A stretch of DNA of 23,110 nucleotides from a virus. Below the pieces are notes generated by a model. That model saw nothing but the letters and a program-made list of their open reading frames with translations. It was not told the origin of the DNA and ran no database searches. A program made the translations under genes and the position numbers. The DNA lies in IMG/VR virus record IMGVR_UViG_3300012861_000029; one strand, given 5' to 3'. Shown piece after piece: positions 16,401 to 23,110 of the stretch (position 1 is the first letter of the stretch; the number at the start of each line of letters is the position of its first letter).

Positions 16401-16889
16401 CTGGAGAGCTTCAACCGCTTCATCCGTGAGAACCTCAATCAATCGGCCGCCCTGAGCGTCATCGTCAACCGCCCCCGCGACCTCACCCGCGCCCAGCTGC
16501 GTGAAGTCCGCCTGCTGCTGGACGAACACGGCTTCACCGAAACCAACCTGCGCGGCGCCCTGCGCGAGAGCACCCAACAGGAAATCGCGGCCAGCATCAT
16601 CGGCCACATCCGCCGCGCCGCCCTGGGCGAAGCGCTGGTCCCGTTTGAACACCGCGTCGGCCGCGCCATGCAGGCCATCTACGCCAGCCGTGCCTGGACG
16701 CCGCTGCAACGGCGCTGGCTAGAGCGCCTCGCCCAGCAGCTCGTGCACGAGGTGGTGCTGGATCGCGAGGTGGTGCAGCGCAACTTCGAGGCCGACGGTG
16801 GCGCGCCCAGGCTCGACAAGCTGCTCGTTGGCCAGCTCGACCTGATCCTGAACGATATCAGGGAGCAACTCTGGGACCAGGCTGGTTGA
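13407..16889 (+). CDS. hsdR: Type I restriction enzyme R subunit with an N-terminal DUF4145-like domain and coiled coil
   Basis: PD-(D/E)xK nuclease motif (ADYVLF...VAIVEAKRKR); helicase motif I (LLAMATGTGKTRT), motif II (IVVDEAHRG), motif III (GLTATP) and motif VI (QMKGRATR); EcoEI-R-type C-terminal domain. The start is uncertain. TTG 13407 has an AGGGGG RBS 6 nt upstream. In-frame alternatives are GTG 13392 and TTG 13314, the track start, which would add a poly-Pro N-terminus. Confidence 0.9.
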   Translation: MSVTSVEDNFWFLSGHDPMFLKLASMAEQVFAADPNTTLIKLRQLGEAFAKDLASRAGLQVDERASQADLIFQISRELRLDPRIRELFHVLRVEGNKATHGFATQHREAMDGLKVARELAVWYHRAFGQDAADFKPGPFSPPKDLAAPLREVQAEVKQLQAELDAERKAHDESLKLAELQQEQSQLHAALAEAMDVEARQQAALVAERERELAQLREGFEQRIARMSQASDPQGEDTGKVQAATYRASQAFDLSEDLTRILIDQQLCDAGWEADSLELTHAGGTRPERGVNRAIAEWPTRVPGANADYVLFSGLVPVAIVEAKRKRINVADRITQAERYARDLVPSGDLQSAWREAGLAGPWPDGEGGGFHVPLAFSCNGRPYVRQLAEQSGIWFRDLRRPSNLRRALQGFYTPEGIADLLPRDIDSAQSRLAQEGMAYLRLRDYQQQAIQAVEDAMAAGHRTCLLAMATGTGKTRTIIGLIYRLLKTERFRRILFLVDRSALGEQAQDAMGEMRLEQNQTLSQIYNLDGLQDTSTADEARVQVATVQAMVRRIFQSDAPPPIDTFDCIVVDEAHRGYTLDLEMTEGELAVRDHAQYMSQYRRVLDYFDAHRIGLTATPAKHTTDIFGKPVYTYSYREAVADDWLIDHEPPIRYETLLNTRGIHFERGEHVSVVNVQTGEVDTAELEDDLDFNVESFNRRVITPAFDQVICEQLAQELDPDGDEKTLIFCVSQPHAERVKHLLDEAFKAVHGEQYNQASVAVVTGRSDKVDALIRRYKNERHPNIAITVDLLTTGIDVPAISNLVFMRRVRSRILYEQMKGRATRRCDDIGKTVFRIYDPVDLYAALEDVDTMKPLVKDPNVSIEQLLHELKDPRSLATHGSNGNSHAQDVLDQLGQKLMRVLRKAAHRAAGKPPLRDKLNQLEAAWGVAPEWLHAHLHDLGPQASAQFLQQQPLLLQQLAEVGALLGSDNYPIISTHQDELIDRQQNYGVHEQPADYLESFNRFIRENLNQSAALSVIVNRPRDLTRAQLREVRLLLDEHGFTETNLRGALRESTQQEIAASIIGHIRRAALGEALVPFEHRVGRAMQAIYASRAWTPLQRRWLERLAQQLVHEVVLDREVVQRNFEADGGAPRLDKLLVGQLDLILNDIREQLWDQAG

Positions 16890-16897
16890 TGTGCAGA

Positions 16898-16928
16898 TGA
16901 GCCGATTATTGGGTATATTCGGCTCATA
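16898..16928 (+). terminator. 9-bp stem hairpin between hsdR and fic
   Basis: ATGAGCCGA-(13 nt)-TCGGCTCAT, 9 nt after the hsdR stop. No U-tract. Confidence 0.35.
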
Positions 16929-16973
16929 CTTCGAGCCAAATAGATCCGGTATTCAGCTCATGCAGACCACCCG

Positions 16974-18158
16974 ATGACCGTACCCCGCTGGATCTGGCGG
17001 CAGCCCACCTGGCCCCGCTTCACATGGGATGCCACGGCGCTGGCCAGCCTGTTGCGCAACTGCCAGCAGGTGCAGGGCCAACTGCTCGGCATGGCCGGTG
17101 CCGCCACCGGCGACCTGCAGGCCGAGGAAGCACTCGACACCCTGCTCTCCAACATCGTCGACTCCTCGGCGATCGAGGGCGAGCAGTTGGACGTGGGTTC
17201 GGTGCGCTCGTCGCTGGCCCGCCGGCTGGGCCTGGTCGACGAACCTGCGCGCCGCACCACCGCCCACGCCGAAGGCCTGGCCGAGCTGATGCTCGATGCC
17301 ACCCGGCATGCCGACGCCCCGCTCGACCTGCCGCGCCTGCTGCAGTGGCATCGCTGGCTGTTCGCCGCCAGCGACGACCTCCTGCCGACGGGTATCCAGG
17401 TCGGTGCGCTGCGCGGCAGCGAGCCCATGCAGGTGGTGTCGGGACGCATCGATCGTCCCACCGTGCATTTCGAAGCCCCGCCTCGCGAAGGACTCGAAGC
17501 GCAGTTGGACGACTTCATCGCCTGGTTCAACGCCTCGCGCCAGGACAACACGCTAGATCCCCTGCTTCGGGCGGGCGTCGCGCACTTCTGGTTCGTCACC
17601 CTGCATCCCTTCGACGACGGCAACGGCCGCCTGACGCGCGCCCTTACCGACCTTGCGCTCGCCCAGGCACAGTCGCAGGTCATCCGTTTCCACGCCATGT
17701 CGGCCAGCATCCTTGCCGACCGTGCCGGCTATTACCGCGTGCTCGAAGCGAGCCAGAAGAACGGCCTCGACATCACCGCGTGGCTGCAGTGGTTCCTGCA
17801 CACCCTGCACGACAGCCTGACCCGCGCCCTGCACCGCATCGACCGCGTGTTGGCCAAGGCACGCTTCTGGCAGACCCACCGCGAACAGACGCTGTCGACC
17901 GAGCAGGTCAAGGTGCTCAACCGCCTGCTGGACGTCGGCGAGCGCGGCTTCGAGCAGGGCCTGACCGCGCGCCATTACCAGGCGATCGCGAAGGTCTCCA
18001 AACCCACCGCCACCCGCCACATCGCCGACCTGCTTGAGAAAGGCTGCATCCGCCGCCTGCCAGGTGGTGGGCGCAGCACCCGCTATGAGATCAACGCACC
18101 GGCACCGGGCATCTCGCTGCCGCCCTGCCCCACTCCCATGAAAGACCCCAAGGCATGA
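16974..18158 (+). CDS. Fic family protein (DUF4172 N-terminus, class II auto-inhibited type, C-terminal wHTH)
   Basis: Fic core HPFDDGNGRLTRAL; N-terminal inhibitory-helix motif SxxxEG (SSAIEGEQL); WIWRQPTWPRFTW N-terminus typical of DUF4172-Fic proteins. The stop overlaps the hsdM ATG (ATGA at 18155-18158). Confidence 0.9.
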   Translation: MTVPRWIWRQPTWPRFTWDATALASLLRNCQQVQGQLLGMAGAATGDLQAEEALDTLLSNIVDSSAIEGEQLDVGSVRSSLARRLGLVDEPARRTTAHAEGLAELMLDATRHADAPLDLPRLLQWHRWLFAASDDLLPTGIQVGALRGSEPMQVVSGRIDRPTVHFEAPPREGLEAQLDDFIAWFNASRQDNTLDPLLRAGVAHFWFVTLHPFDDGNGRLTRALTDLALAQAQSQVIRFHAMSASILADRAGYYRVLEASQKNGLDITAWLQWFLHTLHDSLTRALHRIDRVLAKARFWQTHREQTLSTEQVKVLNRLLDVGERGFEQGLTARHYQAIAKVSKPTATRHIADLLEKGCIRRLPGGGRSTRYEINAPAPGISLPPCPTPMKDPKA

Positions 18159-19693
18159 CCCACAACGACATCGTCCAGAAGCTCTGGAACCTTTGCGACG
18201 TCCTCCGCGACGACGGCATCAACTACAGCGACTACGTCACCGAGCTGGTGCTGCTGCTGTTCGTGAAGATGGAATACGAGCAGGTGCAGAACAACGCCGC
18301 CTTCGAGCACAAGCTACCCAAGGACTGCCGCTGGCCGGATCTGGAAGGCCGCTCCGGTCTCAACCTGCTCAATCACTACCGGCAGATGCTGTTGGACCTG
18401 GGCAAGAGCAGCGACCCAATGATCGCGGCCATCTACGCCGACGCGCAGACCCGCCTCAAGGAGCCGCGCCACCTGGAAACCCTGGTCAGGGCGCTGGACG
18501 GGCTGGACTGGTTCAGCGCCCGCGAGGACGGCCTGGGCGACCTGTACGAAGGCCTGCTGCAGAAGAACGCCAACGAGACCAAGTCCGGCGCCGGCCAATA
18601 CTTCACCCCGCGCCCGCTGATCGACGCCATCATCCGCTGCATCAAGCCACAGCCCGGTGAAACCATCCAGGACCCTGCCGCCGGCACCGCTGGCTTCCTG
18701 ATTGCCGCCGACACTTACATCAAGGGCAACACCAACGACCTGTACGCGCTGGAGGATAAGGCCCGCCGCTTCCAGCGTCGCAAGGCCTACACCGGCATGG
18801 AACTGGTACCCAGCACCCGCCGGCTGGCGCTGATGAACTGCCTGCTGCACGGCATCGAGGGCGAAGGCGAAGGCGTGGTGCAGCTGGGTAACAGCCTCGG
18901 CAATCCCGGCGCCGCGCTGCCCAAGGTCGACATCATCCTGTCCAACCCACCGTTCGGTACCGCCAAGGGTGGCGGCGGCCCGACCCGCGACGACCTCACC
19001 TACCGCACCAGCAACAAGCAGCTCGCCTTCCTGCAGCATATCTATCGCGGCCTCAAGCCTGGAGGCCGTGCCGCCGTGGTGCTGCCGGACAACGTGCTGT
19101 TCGAGGCCGGCGTCGGCACCGAGATCCGCCGCGACCTGATGGACAAGTGCAATCTGCACACCCTGCTGCGCCTGCCCACCGGCATTTTCTATGCGCAAGG
19201 CGTGAAGACCAACGTGCTGTTCTTCCAGAAAGGCAGCGCCGATAACCCGCGCCAGGAGACCGGCTGCACGCAGGCAACCTGGATCTTCGACCTGCGAAGC
19301 AACATGCCCAGCTTCGGCAAGCGCACCCCGTTCGGTGAGGCCCACCTCAAGCCGTTCGAGAAAGCCTACGGCAAGGACCCGAACGGCCGCAGCAAACGCA
19401 AGGAAGAGGGCGAGGAAGGTCGCTTCCGCTGCTTCACCCGCGAGCAGATTTCCGAACGCGGCGACTCGCTGGATATCAGCTGGTTGAAAGATGCCGACAG
19501 CGTGGATGCCGACAGCCTACCGGCGCCGGAAGTGCTGGCGGCCGAGGCGATGGCGGAACTGTCAGAGGCGTTGCGCGAGCTGGATGCACTGATGCAGGCG
19601 CTGGGCGCCGGCGATGAAGCGCTGGAGCAGAAGCGGTTGCTGGCTGAGGTGATGGGGCTGGAAGTGGCGAGTGGCGAGGTGGACGGTGAGTGA
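18155..19693 (+). CDS. hsdM: Type I R-M N6-adenine DNA methyltransferase subunit
   Basis: HsdM N-terminal helix bundle (IVQKLWNLCDVLRDDG...LVLLLFVKM), SAM motif I (DPAAGTAGFL) and catalytic motif IV (NPPFG). Confidence 0.95.
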   Translation: MTHNDIVQKLWNLCDVLRDDGINYSDYVTELVLLLFVKMEYEQVQNNAAFEHKLPKDCRWPDLEGRSGLNLLNHYRQMLLDLGKSSDPMIAAIYADAQTRLKEPRHLETLVRALDGLDWFSAREDGLGDLYEGLLQKNANETKSGAGQYFTPRPLIDAIIRCIKPQPGETIQDPAAGTAGFLIAADTYIKGNTNDLYALEDKARRFQRRKAYTGMELVPSTRRLALMNCLLHGIEGEGEGVVQLGNSLGNPGAALPKVDIILSNPPFGTAKGGGGPTRDDLTYRTSNKQLAFLQHIYRGLKPGGRAAVVLPDNVLFEAGVGTEIRRDLMDKCNLHTLLRLPTGIFYAQGVKTNVLFFQKGSADNPRQETGCTQATWIFDLRSNMPSFGKRTPFGEAHLKPFEKAYGKDPNGRSKRKEEGEEGRFRCFTREQISERGDSLDISWLKDADSVDADSLPAPEVLAAEAMAELSEALRELDALMQALGAGDEALEQKRLLAEVMGLEVASGEVDGE

Positions 19694-21164
19694 GTTGCCG
19701 GCCGGGTGGGGCACCAGCGCGCTGGCGAACTTGGTGGAGACTGTCCGAGGCGTGACCTACAACAAATCGCAGGCGCAGAACTCGAACGGGAAAGGCTTGA
19801 TTCCCATTCTTCGCGCCAACAACATCAAGGCTGGAACTCTCTCATTTGACGAACTCGTTTTTGTTCCAAAGGAGTGCGTATCGAGTACGCAGGCCCTGTC
19901 GCAAGGTGACATCGTCGTTGCCATGTCGAGTGGAAGCCGGAGCGTCGTCGGCAAGTCCGCCCAGCTGACCGCGCCTTGGAAAGGGAGCCTCGGTGCCTTT
20001 TGTAGTGTTCTGCGTACTGCCACAGAGATGGACGCCCGCTACCTGTACTACTTCACCCAAAGCCGCATCTATCGCGATCGCGTTTCAGAGCTTGCTGCTG
20101 GCGTCAACATCAACAACTTGAAACCTGCTCATTTTGAGGAGATTCCGGTTCCTGTAGCTCCCGCGCAAGAACAAAAGCGCATCGCACAGAAGCTGGATGC
20201 GCTGCTGGCCCAGGTCAACACCCTAAAGGCCCGCATCGATGCAATCCCCGCCCTGCTCAAGCGCTTTCGAGAGTCAGTGCTTCGCGCTGCGGTATCAGGG
20301 CAACTCACGGAAGACTGGCGTGCTTCCAACCAAGGCTTGACAGCGCAAACCATGCTGGAAGGCTTTAACCCTCTGCCGCCACCCGCAAGGTACAGAAGCC
20401 GCTCCGATGCGTTCATCCGAGGCGTTTGTGCAACTGCAGTAGGCAAACCCAAAGTCCAGCTTGTCGATGCTTGGGAATGGACCCCACTCGTGCAAGTTGC
20501 GTGGATGGAGTCAGGGCACACGCCCAGCCGTGAAATTCCAGAGTACTGGGATGGCGACGTACCCTGGATCGGCATCAAAGACGCGCGTATCAACCATGAA
20601 AAAGCAATCTATTCGACCCTGCAAACAACCAATCAGCTAGGCCTGGACAACTCCGCAGCGCGACTGCTACCGGAGGGAACCGTCTGCATCAGCAGAACTG
20701 CATCTGTCGGTTATGTCGTGAAGATGGGCATCCCCATGGCAACCAGCCAGGACTTCGTTAATTGGGTACCGACCGACTGCGTCGATGCCGATTGGCTCAA
20801 ATGGCTATTCGTCGCAGAGAAGGAATCGCTATTCCGCTTCGGGAAGGGATCCACGCATACCACTGTCTACTTCCCCGAATGGCTGTCAATGCATGTTGCA
20901 CTTCCACATGTAGATGAGCAGAGGCTCATTGCGGCTCGCGTTCAAGGCCTTCTTGACTTGGCGGATCAATTGGGTAGTCGGGTCGCCGCCGCCAAGCTAC
21001 GCATCGACACCCTGCCCCAGAGCCTGCTCGCCAAGGCCTTCCGCGGCGAACTGGTCCCGCAGGATCCGGATGATGAGCCAGCCAGCGTGCTGCTGGAGCG
21101 CATCCGCGCCCAGCGCGCTGCCGCACCCAGACCCAAGCGCGGTCGCAATACCACAGCCTCCTGA
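19686..21164 (+). CDS. hsdS: Type I R-M specificity subunit
   Basis: Two variable TRDs are separated by conserved coiled-coil spacers (EQKRIAQKLDALLAQVNTLKARID... and EQRLIAARVQGLLDLADQLGSRV...LLAKAFRGELV). GTG 19686 gives MSELPAGW, has an AGGTGG RBS and overlaps the hsdM stop. GTG 19671 is the alternative start. Confidence 0.9.
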   Translation: MSELPAGWGTSALANLVETVRGVTYNKSQAQNSNGKGLIPILRANNIKAGTLSFDELVFVPKECVSSTQALSQGDIVVAMSSGSRSVVGKSAQLTAPWKGSLGAFCSVLRTATEMDARYLYYFTQSRIYRDRVSELAAGVNINNLKPAHFEEIPVPVAPAQEQKRIAQKLDALLAQVNTLKARIDAIPALLKRFRESVLRAAVSGQLTEDWRASNQGLTAQTMLEGFNPLPPPARYRSRSDAFIRGVCATAVGKPKVQLVDAWEWTPLVQVAWMESGHTPSREIPEYWDGDVPWIGIKDARINHEKAIYSTLQTTNQLGLDNSAARLLPEGTVCISRTASVGYVVKMGIPMATSQDFVNWVPTDCVDADWLKWLFVAEKESLFRFGKGSTHTTVYFPEWLSMHVALPHVDEQRLIAARVQGLLDLADQLGSRVAAAKLRIDTLPQSLLAKAFRGELVPQDPDDEPASVLLERIRAQRAAAPRPKRGRNTTAS

Positions 21165-21200
21165 CATTGCCAACTCAACGCACCGCAAAGGACCGCACGC

Positions 21201-23009
21201 ATGACCACCTTCGACAGTACCAAGCTTCCGCTGAAAGACCTACTCAAGGACATCGTCGCCGGCAAGATCCAGTTGCCGGATTTCCAGCGCGGCTGGGTCT
21301 GGGATGACGAGCACGTCCGTAGTCTGCTGGTCAGCCTGGGTCGTTCATTCCCAGTGGGCGCTGTGATGCTGTTAGAAACCGGTGGTGCGGTGCGCTTCCA
21401 GGTGCGCCCGGTGGAGAATGTGCCAGCGAACATTCTGGCCACACCGGAAAAGCTGATCCTGGACGGTCAGCAACGCCTGACCACACTGACCCAGGTGCTC
21501 AAGCTGGCCGGTCCGGTCAAGACCACCACCGACAAGGGCAAGCCGGTGGACCGCCATTACTACATCCATATCCCCACTGCGTTGGCCGGGCCTGACAGGC
21601 TCGATGAAGCGATCATCGCCACCGACGGTAGCCGCCAGCAGCGCAGCGATTTCGGTCGCAAGGTCGACCTTGACCTATCCACGCGCGAGCTGGAATGCCA
21701 GCAGCTGTACTTTCCCTGTTCGGAGATCCTGGAGGCCATGGATTGGCTCCAGGACCTGTACCAGTACAACGCCGCAGCGGTGCCACAGTTCTTCGACTTC
21801 AAGAAGCAGGTGCTCGACGCCTACAACGAGTACCAGATCCCGCTGATCGTGCTGAAGAAGGAGACCAGCAAGGAGGCGGTCTGCTTGGTATTCGAGAAGG
21901 TCAACACCGGCGGTGTGCCGCTGTCGGTATTCGAACTGGTCACTGCCACCTATGCGGCCGATGGTTACAACCTGCGTGACGACTGGTTTGGCAGCGTGCA
22001 ACGCCAAGTGTCCTCGCGCCACAAGCGCTTGGCGAAGGAGCCGATCCTCCAAGGCGTGGAGAACACCGACTTCCTGCAGGCAATCACCATGCTGCATACA
22101 CTGGAGAAGCGCCGCGCCGATATCGCCGAGGGAAAAACCGGCAAGCAGTTATCGCCAGTCAGCGCCAAGCGCGCCTCAGTGCTCGAACTGCCGCTCGAGG
22201 CGTATCAGCGCTGGGCAGATCCGGTGGAACAAGGGTTCCTGCGTGCAGCCAAGTTCCTGCGCCAAGAGTGCTTCACTGCACCGCGTGATCTCCCCTATCG
22301 CACCCAGCTTGCGCCTTTGGCTTCGGTTCTCGCATTGATCGGCGCTGACGAACGCTGGCGCGAGCCACGTATCCACCAGAAGCTGGCCCAGTGGTACTGG
22401 TGCGGCGTGCTGGGCGAACTGTATGGCGGCGCGGTGGAAACCCGCATGGCCAATGATGTCGAGGAGCTTCTTGCATGGATCGAAGCCGATGGTCAGTCGC
22501 CTCGGACCATTAGTGACGCCGCCTTCCAGGTCGATCGCCTGACATCTTTGACGTCACGGCTCAGCGCTGCCTACAAAGGGATCAACGTGCTGGTGCTGCG
22601 CGAAGGTGCGCACGACCTTTTCTGGAAATCCCGCATCCGTGAACTGGAAGCCGACGAAGTCGCCCTGGACATCCATCATATCTTCCCGCGAGACTGGTGC
22701 GAGAAGCTAGACATCCCCCGCCGCCGCTACGACTCGATCATCAACAAGACGCCGATCTCATACAAAGCAAATCGGATGATCGGCGGCAGCGCTCCATCCG
22801 TCTATCTGGCATCCCTGCAAGCGCACAAGCAGGTTCAACTCGATGATGCCGGCATGGATGCACTGCTTGCGAGCCACTGTATTCCGGTAGGCGCACTGCG
22901 ATCGGATGACTTCGAACTGTTCTACGAGCAACGCCAGCAGAACCTGCTCTCGTTGATCGAAGCCGTTATGGGCAAGCAGAGCGTCCCTGGACCGGCCAGG
23001 GTTCCGTAG
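21201..23009 (+). CDS. DUF262 + DUF1524 (GmrSD-family) type IV restriction-like nuclease; the 3' tip is replaced by the IS
   Basis: N-terminal ParB-like DUF262 motifs (LPDFQRGWVW, LDGQQRLTTL) and a C-terminal His-Me finger (LDIHHIFPRDW...INKTPISYKANR). Native sequence ends at 22987, after codon 595. The last ~7 codons and the stop are IS-derived. Confidence 0.85.
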   Translation: MTTFDSTKLPLKDLLKDIVAGKIQLPDFQRGWVWDDEHVRSLLVSLGRSFPVGAVMLLETGGAVRFQVRPVENVPANILATPEKLILDGQQRLTTLTQVLKLAGPVKTTTDKGKPVDRHYYIHIPTALAGPDRLDEAIIATDGSRQQRSDFGRKVDLDLSTRELECQQLYFPCSEILEAMDWLQDLYQYNAAAVPQFFDFKKQVLDAYNEYQIPLIVLKKETSKEAVCLVFEKVNTGGVPLSVFELVTATYAADGYNLRDDWFGSVQRQVSSRHKRLAKEPILQGVENTDFLQAITMLHTLEKRRADIAEGKTGKQLSPVSAKRASVLELPLEAYQRWADPVEQGFLRAAKFLRQECFTAPRDLPYRTQLAPLASVLALIGADERWREPRIHQKLAQWYWCGVLGELYGGAVETRMANDVEELLAWIEADGQSPRTISDAAFQVDRLTSLTSRLSAAYKGINVLVLREGAHDLFWKSRIRELEADEVALDIHHIFPRDWCEKLDIPRRRYDSIINKTPISYKANRMIGGSAPSVYLASLQAHKQVQLDDAGMDALLASHCIPVGALRSDDFELFYEQRQQNLLSLIEAVMGKQSVPGPARVP

Positions 23010-23110
23010 ACACTCAGTTGCCGCGTTGCGCGTAGCGCCGTTCGAACTCTACCGGTGACACCCCGCCAGCGGAACCGTGCCGGCGGATCGGGTTGTAGAA
23101 CATCTCGATG
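22988..23110 (-). mobile_element. Second, inverted copy of the same IS3-family end; the element body lies right of the window
   Basis: Exact reverse complement of 1-123. The transposase C-terminal fragment lies on the minus strand at 23014-23110. Confidence 0.8.
23014..23110 (-). CDS. IS3-family DDE transposase (OrfB), C-terminal fragment, partial at the window edge
   Basis: Mirror image of 1-97, with an identical peptide ...FYNPIRRHGSAGGVSPVEFERRYAQRGN*. Confidence 0.8.
   Translation of the reverse strand, partial: IEMFYNPIRRHGSAGGVSPVEFERRYAQRGN

Noticed and set aside
16958-18037. 250-aa minus-strand and 337-aa plus-strand alternative-frame ORFs overlapping fic
   Set aside because: They are Arg/Pro/Ala-rich off-frame products. 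The fic frame has the HPFxDGNGR motif and is start/stop coupled to hsdM.
18314-19345. 343-aa ORF on the minus strand inside hsdM
   Set aside because: It is antisense to hsdM, which carries the DPAAGTAGFL and NPPFG motifs. Its composition is that of a mirror frame in GC-rich DNA.
1-23110. CRISPR arrays, tRNA or rRNA genes
   Set aside because: I saw no regularly spaced direct repeats, cloverleaf-like segments or rRNA-like conserved stretches on either strand.

Overview
This is a high-GC, Xanthomonadaceae-like 23.1 kb segment, read by eye without tools. Its two edges are exact inverted copies of a 123-bp IS3-family end.

Layout, left to right:
1. An IS-truncated tyrosine recombinase, divergent from a KfrA_N/TnpT-like coiled-coil DNA-binding gene. 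Two 7-nt-spaced palindromes lie between them.
2. A ~6.5 kb Cf1c/XacF1/phiLf-type filamentous (inovirus) prophage in a dif-like XerCD site. It is bracketed by an 18-bp direct repeat containing TATACATTATGCGAA.
3. About 1 kb of gene-poor DNA.
4. A lower-GC three-gene operon: a patatin phospholipase, a SMODS/CD-NTase-like nucleotidyltransferase and a 581-aa protein with a divergent diadenylate-cyclase (DisA_N)-like domain. It resembles capV-dncV CBASS, but the third gene matches no canonical CBASS accessory module. This is my best candidate for an undescribed defence system.
5. A type I R-M operon, hsdR-fic-hsdM-hsdS, with fic translationally coupled to hsdM. A DUF262/DUF1524 (GmrSD-like) type IV nuclease follows it, and its 3' tip is replaced by the right-hand IS copy.

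No rRNA, tRNA or CRISPR array was recognised. All family assignments are motif-level and need HMM or structure confirmation.
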